From NCBI GenBank assembly GCA_021613535.1, contig CP075494.1:9672001-9736000 (forward strand): a stretch of 64,000 nt of DNA, written 5' to 3'. Below, piece by piece: positions 28,155-50,165 of the stretch. A model generated the notes under the pieces. It searched no databases. It saw only the letters and a program-made list of their open reading frames with translations, and was not told the origin of the DNA. The first letter of the stretch is position 1, and the number at the start of each line of letters is the position of its first letter. The position numbers and the translations under genes are program-made. Source of the DNA: Adineta vaga (taxonomy: Eukaryota > Animalia > Rotifera).

Positions 28155-29044
28155 AGCACAATTTTCCTTTAAAGGGACAGGTAAGAAAGATTATTTTATT
28201 GACATTGATGAATAATCAAGCATTTTCTTCAGAAAAAAAGAACGATATCGATGACGCAACGGAATTGTTTTGATTGGATAGGATACTCAATCAATGAAAT
28301 TTTATGAAGTAATTTCCTTTGAGAATGTTTGTTAGATATTCTCAAAAATTTCTATATTCATACTGAAGGTAAAGTTTAATATTCGAATTATTACTGGACA
28401 GCGACGTGTCTAATTATATTATATTTGATTTCCAGTCAGAATTTCTTCATTATCAAGTTTACAATATAGCTACTACGCTAATGAGAAAAATATTAATGAG
28501 GCGAAGAATTTATAAAACAGATTCTCTTTAATTCTTGATCCTTTTCCACACATAAATGACGATGAGTCATTTGTGATAGAATCGATTGATATGATGTGGG
28601 TTGATAAAATATCACTTTTTTTTCCACTTATTTGTTAAATAGAATGCATTCTCTCTGCTATCATATTGTTTTCGCATAACGAAAAAGTGTCCTTTTAATG
28701 GCAGACTATACGACGATTAGAACAAAGAATAAAACCATTCGTTTTCCTTTCTCTTCGTCGAAACATACTATTTGTGAAGACGAAAGACAGCGGTCTATTA
28801 GTTAGTCCACGTTTTTCTATGAGAATAGACAGAAAGAAAACAGTATGGCTTGTCGTTACGCACACACAGACACACGTTTTATGCTATTACATACAAGTGC
28901 GGGCAATAATCACACATTTTCTCTGTTTATTTCTACACATATGCTGCACACTTTCTCTTCAGCTATTCTGACAACACATCCGGACCAATCTTTTACAGTA
29001 GATTGATTGACTTAATGTAATTTCTTTTTTTCTAGATTCTATTT

Positions 29045-30929
29045 ATGTCTAATCAATCGAATAATCCTACGCAAGTGGATGGTGATGTTCAAGATTCACA
29101 AAAACCACCGAAACAACACTCAAGAAATTTCTATCGAAAACGACCTGGTTTGAAGTCTATTATAGTTTGTTTTCATACGATCTATTAGAAATTTATAGGT
29201 AATGATCGACAGAACCAAGATCTAGGAGAAGATGAAAATCAAGGATCTAACGACGATGATATACAACGATCCAATCATTCCGATGATGAGAATCAAACGA
29301 ATACACGAGGTATTTTAAATTAAACTGTTACAATGATTGTTAACTTCATACTTTTCTTTTCCAATAGGTGGTCGTGGTCGACGAGGTGGTTTTCGACGTG
29401 GTCGTGGTGAGTTTATTTCTCTGCATCCTCCTTCTTATATACGTATAAACTTTTAATCTTTCAAGGTCGTGGACGTTCTTCTCGTGGTGGTGGTGGTAAT
29501 GGTGGCGGATCATACTTTGGTAATTATTATCCAGCTTATTCGCCGTATGCTAATTATATGAACGCACAAGGTAACGAATACATTCTCATGGTTACGAATA
29601 AAATCCTAATCTGTGTATGTTCTTCTATTTACAAAGGGTTTTATCCTCCTGACAATGGTTATTATGGTTCAGCATATGTTCATGGTGATCAAGGAGAAGA
29701 AAATGGTTTAGATAATTATTCAGGACGTGGTAATCGTGGTGGTCGAGGAGGAGGACGCGGTGGACGAAGACGACGTACAACAAAAACGGAAAAGTTTGTT
29801 TTCTTTTTCAATAATGAACTAGTTTTATTTTGAAGTAACATTTCGTCTGGGTTTAGTACTGATAATAACAATGATAACGATCAACAAGAACAAAAACAAG
29901 GTGAAGATAATAAAGTAAATAAAGGTCGTCAACGTAGACAACGACGACGAACGAATGATAATGGTTCTGGTACTGAACAGCAAACTGATGGGTAAGAAAG
30001 CATATGATTTGTTTTTTAGTTCATTTCATGAAAGATCGATATTTCTTAGTGCTGTAACTGATGATCAACAACAACAACAACAACAAGAGAACAATAATGA
30101 TTCTAATCGTCAACCACGAAAGAAATCGGATCGACGGTAAGTAAAAATTCTTCTTCTTTTCCTTTTCTTTTATCGTATCATTATTTGAAAGACAACGTCA
30201 TAATACAAATGTAAGTCAGAGTGGCGCGGAAGGAGGTGAACGTACAAAATCCGAAAAACCCAAAGACGATGAAACAATAGTGAAAAATATGCTACGAAAT
30301 ATGGTTAGTAAAGTAGCTCGTCGTCTTGCACCAAGAAATCGACAACGTAGTCAAACGAATACAAAAGATGCAGCTGAAAATAATACAGATGTTGAACAAT
30401 CACAACCACGCAATAATCGTCGTACACGCCGTGGTCAACGTGGTGGTGGTGCTGGCCGATCGGGTAATGGTTATTTCATAGAACAAGGTAAGAAATTAAT
30501 CCGAAAATAAATGATTTATTCTATCAATTTCTATAGGGTATTATGATCCATATGCTTTGTCAGCTTATTACTATGGAATGTATTATGGTTATGGTAATCA
30601 AGGATATGGTGGTGGTGGCGGCGGTCGCGGTAAGTATCAGTTCGAATCGAAAGTTTTCCTACGAAGAAAATTTATATAGGTCGTGGTCGTGGTGGACGTG
30701 GTCGAGGTCGTTTTCGACAACGAGGTGGTGCTAATAAAGAAAACCAACCTCAAAATAACAATGTAGAAGGCAAAACCGAAGGTAAAATTGAGTGTTTAAT
30801 TTGATCTGCGTTAGTCTTTTTTAAATTCTCTTAACAGAATCGAATTCAACTGGTGAGAAACTGCAAAGTACATCAATTATCAGTGAACAAGTTAATCAAT
30901 CCTCAACTAACAGTGATTCAAGACAATGA
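29045..30929 (+). CDS. RGG/RG-rich intrinsically disordered protein, about 11 short exons
   Basis: Canonical GT-AG exons join in frame from MSNQSNNPTQ to STNSDSRQ-stop. Acidic/N/Q blocks alternate with RGG/poly-R blocks and Y/G-rich blocks. No globular domain is visible. Confidence 0.75.
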
Positions 30930-31997
30930 TAAACTTTTGTTTGTTTTTCGTTTCCCATTTTCCCAATAAAGTTTTTCTTGTTTTCTTTTGAGAATAAACT
31001 CGTTCTCCTATTCATTCACACAAAACAACCTTCCCCATGCAGTTTTTCTTGATGATGTGATCGTTTTTGCTTATTATTATGCTACTTTCTGTATATGTTC
31101 ATTATTTCTTCTTTTACAGTCTACATTAGGAAAAAACATAATCGAGATTTTATCTTTTGTTTCGTTTGGAAAATAAAAAAAACTTTTACACAAAATCATC
31201 TTTACATTTTTTTTCATATATCTCATTTCATAAAAAAGATAGAAGTACTCTAGGATCAAAAAGTGCTTTTATATTCTAGGTCATAACGTGCGTTATTGAA
31301 GATCGATTCTTTTTCTTTAGAAAAAAATCGATTATGTGTTTCAATATATAAGAATTCAATTGCATTGTACATGTTTTTTATTAAATCTTTCTATATATTT
31401 CATATGACATATGATTAATTAATTTATAATAAATGAAAACAAAATTGATTAAATGATATATTTCGTCATTCTAACCTCTGAGTGTAGTTAGATGGCTTTT
31501 AAGAATATTTCTTGCTGCGAGCTATACTTCAAAGTCATCTTATTGTTATTCACATTTTTAGATGAGAAATAATTACATAAAGTAATCAATTTCGGCTGGG
31601 ATTTATCGAAGATGACTTCAATGAAGTTAGATATTTGTTGAAGAGTTTATTTCATTGAAAAAGACTAGTCTATTTAAGAAAACAAAAGTTTTTCTAATAA
31701 TCTTGATATTTTTCTTATTTTCATTAATATAACTATATGTCTTACTATCGAACTCAGTAGGAATCCATCGATTTTGATAGTTATTCATCATGAATTTTAC
31801 TATTGAAGTCGCATTTACTATTCCTCTTCATTATTGTTGTATATGATAAAATTCTGAGACGGAAACTATCTGACTAGTGGCTCCACTTCTATTACTTCCA
31901 TGTTTATTGTGATGAGGAAGTTCCATGAAATAAAATATGGATGAGTTCTTGTTTCTCATTTATCTTGTGATCTCACCGATAGCAGACAACAATCACA

Positions 31998-33508
31998 ATG
32001 GCTGTAATCACGGAATCAATCGATGATCTTGTTCGTGAAGCTGAAAATTTAAAAACTCGTTTAGAAGAAGAACGAGCGAAATTCAATGACATGGAACGTA
32101 TGTTAATTCGAAATGATCTTTTCAATCAATTGATTTTGTTGATGTGTTTTTTTTTCGTCGATCCTATTTTAGTAACAACTGTAGCAGAAAAACTTGATTC
32201 ATTACCACCATTTTCTACGAAATCACGACGAATTTTAAAAGGTCATCAAGGCAAAGTTTTAGCTTTGGATTGGTCAGCAGATAAAAGACATATGGTTAGT
32301 ACATCACAGGATGGAAAATTGATCGTTTGGGATGCATTTTCTACCAATAAAGAGGTATAGAGATGTATTCGTTTAGTTGATGAAAATTTTCGATTTGTAT
32401 TCTAAAGCATGCAATATCGATGCCAACAACTTGGGTTTTAGCTTGTGCTTATTCGCCTTCTTCGACAACAGTAGCTTGCGGGTAATGAACTTGATATGTG
32501 AATATAGAAATCATATGTTTTGGTTTTTATTTTTTTGCAGAGGATTAGACAATAAATTGACTTTGTATCCTTTGAATACAGATGATGATGTCAATAAAAA
32601 TAAAAAGGTTGTTGCTACACATACTAATTACATCTCGGCATGTAAATTTATGCATTCAGATCAACAAGTAATTATAACTATTTTGATAACTACATAGAAA
32701 CAATATACAATATGATTTCGTTTAGTTATTAACAGCGAGTGGAGATAGTACAGCGAAATTATGGGATATTGAATGTAATGTACCAATTCAGACGTTTCAA
32801 GGTCATCAAGCTGATGTAATGGGTATTGATATATCACCATCTGAAGCTGGAAATATTTTTGTATCTGGAGTAAGAATAACTTTAATTCTCAAGAGGATAA
32901 CTCTCTAATAATTATTTCAGAGTGCTGATCATATAGCGATGGTATGGGATATAAGAACAGGTAGTTATGTTCAAACATTTGAAGGGCATGATTCCGATGT
33001 GAATGCCGTACGATTCTATCCCAGTGGTGATGCTTTTGTTTCGGCTTCGGATGATGCAACAGTAAGACTAGTAACAGAAAATATAACCGTTCTAACTTTT
33101 ATATGATATTTAGTGTCGTTTATTTGATCTACGTGCTGATAGACAAGTTGCTATTTTCAAAAAAGAATCCATTATATTTTCATGCAATGCTGTCGATTTC
33201 TCCCTGAGCGGTAAGATAAATCGAGAAAAGAAAAGAGTTTCCATTATATTACATGAATTGTTTGTTCATAGGTCGAATTCTATTTGGTGGTTATAGTGAT
33301 TATTGTGTCAATGTTTGGGATACATTGAAAGGATCACGTGTCGCAACTTTATATGGTCATGAAAATCGTGTTAGTTCATTAAAAGTATCTCCGGATGGCA
33401 CAGCTCTAGGAACTGGATCTTGGGATTGTACAATTCGCGTAAGTGCTCTAACGAAATATATTTTGTCAACATATTGTTTTCTTTTCTCATGAATAGGTAT
33501 GGGCTTAA
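31998..33508 (+). CDS. GNB5: G protein beta subunit 5 (WD40)
   Basis: [68 protein letters not shown]-stop are beta5-type residues. Confidence 0.93.
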
Positions 33509-35187
33509 TTCACCGACGAAAAAGGAACAGTATCGATTATTTGCTTCGCTCAGAGTCGTCATAAAACAGTCTAGTCAGCATTGTTTTTCGTAATCAATAT
33601 TTGAATTTAATTTTCTTTCTTTCTTTTTTTTGTATTTTTGCTTTTCATTTTCTTTCTATAACAATAATAAATAAGTGCCAATATATTTTATCCGAAAAAG
33701 AAAACAAAAAAAATCATCGTGTACTTACTAAATATCTAAAGATAGAGAATAATAATCATCGAAAAGCATTTGTCGAGAAAAACATTCTTGTTCTTTGTTC
33801 AATACAATGCATTTAGATAAGATGGGTGGTCTGATTGTTTTTCGACAGACAGACACACGCACACAAGAAAATCTTGTATAGAAAACAAGAGAAATATCCA
33901 TTTAGATACATTAGATATTAATGATCGGAAAATCTTATTCTCTCAACGGAGATTTTCTTTGGTAATGTAAGTGAGGTATCGATTTTCTGAGAAGTTTTAT
34001 TTAAAAAAAAAAAGGAAACAGAAAATCATTCCATCTAGATTTCTTCTTGACAACTTCCGTCATTTTGAGCTTTTTTTGAATGCGTCATCATCTATCCTTT
34101 TGTGTTTATGCAGAACTTTGATTATTTTGTCTATCCCACGAGAGAAAAAACTCGACTTGTCTGATGTTCTACTTGCTTGTAGTCATTTCCGCATGAGAGT
34201 TAAAAATCGATGACATATGCCAATCTTATCGCACGACTTTTCCTTTTCGATCAAAAAGGAAGATGTTGTATACATGTAATCAACTAAGTAAGAATTTCTT
34301 TGTTATTAACAGTTACAGTAAAAAAAAAAAGAAAAAGTAATAAGTGTCAAATAAAACGCGCATATATCCGTAGAGGAAAATTGAAACAAGTTCTATACTT
34401 TTCTCTCTCTCTCCCTCTCTCTGTCACATCATTATTTCATAGATGTTTAGTTCGTGTTTAATAGAGAATGAATATAAATAGATTATTGTGATTCGTTCAA
34501 CTAGAATCGAACGAATTGAATTTAAAATACAAACAAGTATGTATCCAAGCAAGAAAAAGAAAGATGCATGTTCAAAGAACAATATCTCATCTTAGTTATC
34601 TTTTGTTTTCAGGTGTAAAAATAGATGAGACATAGGTGTTTAAAGATCCATTATAAAATTGTATAGAAAATTGTTATTAAAACTTAATAGTGACATATGT
34701 AAATGATATAGAAAACATTAATCCGATTTTGAGATTGAATGATATTTATTCAAGCGGATTTCCTTTCGTTTTCTTTTTCTTTTCTAGAAGAGTTGGTAGA
34801 GAGAAAAAAAAACAAGTTGGAGATCATTTTTATCTTGCATATGTAAAAAATAGTTTGCTCAAGATATTACAAATCATTGGCAATTAGTAAATGTCATAAA
34901 CAAATGTTTACATAGATTCTAATTGATTACGTTTATCTTAACAAAGGTTTGAAGATATTTTTTCAATAAGAATTATCATTATTAGCGATATAGAGACTTT
35001 TTCTATGACATAAAGTGATTTATTTCTCTACTATTCTTCGTCTTTTATTATTAAGATAGATATTGTTTGTCTAACAGAGAGAGAGATTAAATGAGAAACT
35101 AACACGCACAACGAATCAATGCTGTTTCTGTTTTACTTTTTAGATCGAAATTTTCATGGTTAGCTTAACAAGAGAAATCTGCTTCTA

Positions 35188-37105
35188 ATGGATGTCGATT
35201 TAGTTTCATGTATGGCTGCATGTCATAGTGTCAATGATAGTGGTACACGTGTTGGCAATGAATCTTATGATCTTGAATGTGTAACTCGATGTACACAAGG
35301 CCATACAAAATTATTTGAAAATACAGCCGAAAAGTAAAGGAAGTTTGTACAAAATTTCGGGTAGTAAAAGAAAATCTTTGAGAAAGCTGTTTTCTTCCCG
35401 ATGTTTCTTTTTCGAATAATTCGATTAAGATAAGAACAAGTTCTTTTAACTTCAAGATAGAAGTTGTTACGATGTTTAAATGAATTACCAAGGACATCAA
35501 TATAGAAAAACAGATTCACAAGGGAAAACTAGCACTCTCAAAGCCAACTCGAATTTCCTTTTGTTAATAACGTTTTAAAATATGTCATCACTGACATATT
35601 CCATTCGCTTTGAATTAATATGAAATTCTACTTTGTCATATCTGTTTTCTAAGAATCAACGAAAACATAACAACGGAAGTAGACAATCTCTTAAGATGAA
35701 AATGAATACTTGAATGAAGAGTGAATAATAAAGTTCAAGAACTTAATGGATTTATATTCCTCTTTTCTATCTGATCCTCTATTCTTCTTCATCTTCTTCT
35801 TTTTAATATCGAATGTAGATATGCCCAAATCATCAAAATCATTGCACTTGTTCTCATTACATTTGGCTTAATTGGCAAAGTTTTTAATTGTATTATTTTT
35901 CTTCGAAAACCGGTTTGTATTTTTTTCAATTCTCTTCTCTATTTCCATACATTCATTTCTAGCTTCGTGGTACAACAACTGGTTTACTTCTTCTTTTAAA
36001 AACAATCTTTGATACAGTTCCATTACTATGGACATTCATCTTCGATACGAAATTTTTTGTTAAAGACGAACAAATGAATGCATCAAAACTTATTTGTGTT
36101 CTATCACGAAGTAGTGATATCTTTGTTTCTTGGTCAATTGGTTTTGTTATTCTTGCATGTACTGTTCGACTTATAACAATCATTCATTCAAAACATTTAC
36201 CACAACCAACTCCGCGACATGTTTTTGTTTTAATTTTATCCATGATGTTTTGTGGTTTAGTTTATAATTGGCATCTTTTTGTTTATCCAAATTTTCGACG
36301 TGTACCAGTCATTGATGATAAAACTCGAACATTCACTTATTGTAATATTTTATTCGGTCGACATATGGGTTATTTTTCTTATTCGGGTTTTCAAGCAACA
36401 CAAGAATTTCTATATAATGCTCCGATTGTTAATTTTATTGTTTCTTCTTTAATTCCATTTGCAATCGTTGCAGCAACAAATGTTGTTATTATTGTCTATG
36501 TTCTTAAAGCACCACCCAAACGTATATCAAGAATTAGTTTATATCCGAATGGTAACAATTCGTCGGAAAATTTCGAACGTTCAATTTCGACACGTTCATC
36601 TATTCGACATATGGCAACACAAGTTACACGAAAAAATGTCAGTTATGAGACAACTATTACTGTGACAACAAGTTGTGTCTTTCTCACAACGAATAGTATA
36701 GCAAGTATCTATGTATATTTAAGAACAAGTAATCGTTCCAATCGAACTTATTTAAAAGAAGATTTAAAAACGTCTAATGTCTATTTGATTCTACGAATGT
36801 TAACATTAATTGATACAGTTTTAGAATTTTATATTTATTTTCTAACGGGAAAGAAATTTCGTGAAGAAGTTTATCATGTTTTTGCAGAAATTCTTCAATA
36901 TACACCATTAGGAAATTATTTTAAATTCTCACGAACACCTTCAACCATTCGAACGATTAATACCCATAATCCAAGACAAAAATGTTCAAATAAACAATTA
37001 TCTACCAAGACAAATATTCATTTATCTGAACAACAAAACAAACTTCTTGATGCTAAACATCAAAATCTTCGAGAAACAATATGTGCAATCGAAAGTACTG
37101 TGTAA
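35188..37105 (+). CDS. Divergent rhodopsin-like (class A) peptide-receptor-type GPCR (exons about 35188-35333, 35819-35911, 35963-37105)
   Basis: In-frame splicing adds an N-terminal Cys-containing ectodomain, TM1 (IIALVLITFGLIG) and TM2 to the 36074 ORF. TM5 SLIPF and TM7 FYIYFLTGKKFR are present. Confidence 0.8.
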
Positions 37106-38358
37106 ACATTCACTTTTAAACAATTTTTGTCACGAAATTTTTAAGAAAATATACAATTATATTTGATTATGATGGAATATGTTTTTGCCAGCTTTTTCTC
37201 ATGAATAAAATAACAACAATATATATATTTTTTTTTCTTTTCGATTGTAAATTAAAAACATCTATTATTCAAAAGAAAGGTTCTGTTGAGAAGATTGATA
37301 TGTATCATACATATGAGATCCATATGGTGCCATTGATTTATACTCTTCGATGAAGATTAATGATGATTTACGAGATACATCTGCGTTGAAAACTGGGAAT
37401 CAACGAAAGTGAAATTTCCATCGATCATGAGTAAATTTATCTGTGAATAGCATGCACAATGAAAATAATCAGATAGAATTGTGAAACAATTAATAATTTA
37501 ATTGCGTATGACTTATATATATGATTAGAAATTAGCATGCTAAAAGTAAATCCTACGTTATTTATGACTAAAGTTCAAAACTAACGTTTAACTGAATCTC
37601 TGTTTATTTTCATATATAAAAGCAATTGTGAAAAGAAAAAACTTATGTTTGTTGTTTTCGATATTTTTGTTCAAATGTACAAAAATCATCATGCGCAACT
37701 GAATATTGTTCAATCAACTTCTGTGTAAATGACACAACGATGTTTTACAGAACTTCATCTGGTTCATGTATACCAAAATATCTTTATAATCAAAGATAGG
37801 TAGACAATCGAACAAGATGGTCATCAATGAAAAATAGTTTAATAAAGTTTTCTTATCTTGATATGATAGATAAGATCCGTTCAACTTGTAAAACAATATG
37901 ATTGATTCTATCTTTACGTGTCGTTCAATACATTTCTATTGAATGAGTTATGATTATTTGATCCTTCTTTCTACATCTCATAAGGTCAAAGCGAGTGCAC
38001 ATAGTTGACATGGGAAGAGAGAGAGAGAGAGAAACTTCTTCTCTTACTGTACAGCGCTCTCTATTCGGACACATTGATATCATTTTCTAATTGGCTGTAC
38101 ATATAATCACACTTGATTGTCACTACTTTCCTTCTCGCATTCGATCAGATTGTGGCGCCAAATCTAATGGCATTGTATGTCTAGCCAAATAGAAAGAGTT
38201 CAATTAATGTCAGTTAACTCATCATCATTAGTAGACGGACGGCATTATAGAGGAACGAACAGAAAAAAATCAAGATGGGAGAGAAATTTCGTTTGTCTTT
38301 CTTTCATTCTATTCATTTGTTATAGATGATATACTAGTACCGGAAAAAACTTTATATC

Positions 38359-44988
<6,630 letters not shown>

Positions 44989-45186
44989 ATTTCTTTCTCA
45001 CAATAAATGATCTGATGAAAAAATCTATCTATCTATCTATCTCTACACCGATCTGTATGTGTCTAGCTGTCTCTGTTCGTCTATTCAAAATAACTCACCT
45101 GTAAATGTATACATTTCTTTTTCCTCTTCTTTCTTCTCTCTTCTGCTCGTCATTTATTATTATTAGTTAGTACTTTTCTTTTTCTT

Positions 45187-45222
45187 TATTATTATTATTA
45201 TTATTGTTGTTGTTGTTGTTGC
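45187..45222. repeat. Compound (TTA)n(TTG)n microsatellite in the Mi-2 3' region
   Basis: Direct reading: ttattattatta...ttgttgttgttg. Confidence 0.85.
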
Positions 45223-45677
45223 TGTGTGTGCAAGAAGTTTACATATGTGTGACATATAAATATTAAAAGTACATAGACGTATAAAATCTATCAAAATGAA
45301 TATTATTTTCAATGCTATTTCATCAAGATAAAATGATTAACAATCGACATTGGATAAATTTTGAGATATTCAACACGAACTTCAGATTTTCGGTACTATC
45401 GTATTCATTGAGCTTCATTTGATTTTCAATTCAAACTGACGCAAGAATTCTATTTTAGTGAACAAAATTAGATGAAAATAAATGTTAAATTATTGAGAAC
45501 TCAAACTTATAGTGATTATAATTACTACTTCGTAACTTTTTTCTAAATTCCTACGTGTTTTCTCATCGAATACATTGATTATGCAAAAAAAAATGTTGAA
45601 AGATATTTCAGAATTAGTTTTATTTCACATCGAGTAAAAGGATTGATTTCGTTACATTGAAAAGTTGTGAAAAATAT

Positions 45678-46031
45678 TTAACCATATTTGAAAGGATTAA
45701 TATGATGACTATTGTCTTTAGTTTGACCTGAAATAATCAAAACAAAATTCGATGAAAATGATAAAACAAATACAAAGTACAAACCATAAGCGCAAAGTGC
45801 ATTTGTTAGTGGTAATGGTCGAAGTTGAAGACGATAATCACATAAAGCTGGATTGCGTTTATGTACCCATGGAGAAATTTCTAATCGTTTTGTTAAATCA
45901 TGCACTTCGACGTCATCTGAATTCTCCTGTTCGTCAATAATATCGCTTTGATAAAAATGAGGCCATGGTCGAGCTATAAGGAATGATGCATTGATCAAAA
46001 TAAGCATTAATACAAGTAATGAATACTGCAT
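45678..46031 (-). CDS. Secreted neuropeptide precursor A (C-terminal FKY-amide; 57-nt intron 45784-45728)
   Basis: Hydrophobic signal peptide, acidic spacer, two KR sites, and a terminal Gly amide donor directly before the stop. Confidence 0.82.
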   Translation of the reverse strand: MQYSLLVLMLILINASFLIARPWPHFYQSDIIDEQENSDDVEVHDLTKRLEISPWVHKRNPALCDYRLQLRPLPLTNALCAYGLYFVFVLSFSSNFVLIISGQTKDNSHHINPFKYG

Positions 46032-46373
46032 AGTTATTAATCTAATTTGAATCTTTCTCTTACTTTTACCGTTCTATGAATGAATTAGTTTAAAACAAAA
46101 TTCTAACTCTATATATTGATATTCGATAAAATTTGATGAAGATGACAACTATTCATCCAACCCACGGATTAAAGAAAATTAATATATGTAAAAGGAAGAA
46201 AATGTGATTAAATCTAAACAAATGATTGTCTTTTTTCATCATTCTTGAAACGTCTTCTAACTGTCTGTTATTGAACATTCAGATAGATTTTTGCATGTCA
46301 CTTTAGATTTATTAAAGCAAAAAAAAAAGGAATTTTTTTTCAATGAATATGTTGATTATGTTTAGTATTATTC

Positions 46374-46685
46374 TTATCGACCCCATCGCATAACATGATC
46401 ACCACCAGGTATTTCATCAGATCCTGATGGTTTGAATTGTTGATAAGTTGAGACACGAAACCATGTATTGCGATTTGCACGAGGATAATACGGTGCTGAA
46501 CGAAGATTTCGTGCTGATAATCGAAATGGAATGCGAGGTTCATTGTCAGTAATCAATGGTGAATATCGATCGTTTTGATAGAAAGATACTACATTTGAGG
46601 GAAGAAATATTGACGAACATGAGATCAACGAAGTAAGAAACAGAAGTGATAGAAGAGCTAGTGGTAATAAAAAATAAGACGACAT
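46374..46685 (-). CDS. Secreted neuropeptide precursor B (C-terminal MRW-amide)
   Basis: Leu-rich signal peptide, R-x-x-R sites (RNLR, RANR) and the ending HVMRW-GR-stop. A polypyrimidine-CAG lies immediately before the ATG. Confidence 0.82.
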   Translation of the reverse strand: MSSYFLLPLALLSLLFLTSLISCSSIFLPSNVVSFYQNDRYSPLITDNEPRIPFRLSARNLRSAPYYPRANRNTWFRVSTYQQFKPSGSDEIPGGDHVMRWGR

Positions 46686-47064
46686 CTGAAGTAAAAAAAA
46701 TTAACGAATAATTTATTTAAAAAAAATTTTATTATATGATGTGTATAACGGAAATTAAATCGAAACAAACCAGAAATGACTTGATATTTACGCATCTATG
46801 AAATCAAAATTATAATTGTGCAAATATTACCAGATTTACTGAATGAATCAGTTCTAATTGTTAATCTATAATGCATTCGGAAGTAAATTTAATATAATTA
46901 AACGAATGTGAATATGCACGCAACTCAACAACATCGATGCATTTTGTGCGGCTACGTTATACAAATATACAAATTAACATCATACTTGTTTCATGATTTA
47001 ATATATATTTCGTGTTGAAAAGTTCAGGATCATAGTGCGCGTACACATGATTTCCCACATGACA

Positions 47065-49541
<2,477 letters not shown>

Positions 49542-50165
49542 TTATAAAAAGAGAAAAACAAAGATAAGAATATTATGTTGATTAGTAACCATGTTAGTTG
49601 TTTTTCGTCAAGCGCTGAAGGACAATTGTCGAGAAACGTCTCCGTTCGCTTTGCATTATTACTTCCATATATTGTATGTGGTCTGATCTTTTCTCATGTC
49701 TGGATGTTTATTATATCGGAAAAAAAGCGAGAGAAAGAGAGCAAAGTTTATGAAATAACAAGTCTCGGCACACAATAACTCGCCTATGTTTAGGAAGATT
49801 ATGGATGTTTTTTCAAGACGTTTCATCTCTGTCGTTGTATATAGAAAGAAAAGAAGAAGAGAAAGAAGAAGAAGAAGAAGAAGGACATGATATTGGCTTG
49901 ACGAAGTTGATTAGTAAATAGGAATACCCTCATATGGATTATCTCGAACAGATGAATCGAGAGAGGAAGCCATCGTTTTTTTCCTTCTGTACAGTTGGGG
50001 ATTTTCTTATTTTTTCCTTCTCGGATAATGGATAGAAACTTGTCAACATATCTGCCTCGTTGTCGTCATTTTCTCTTATAACCACAACCGAACAAAATAA
50101 TATCATCAGAAACGAAGAGAGAGAGAACAAATAACATATCTTTCTATTAACGTTAATCATCATCC

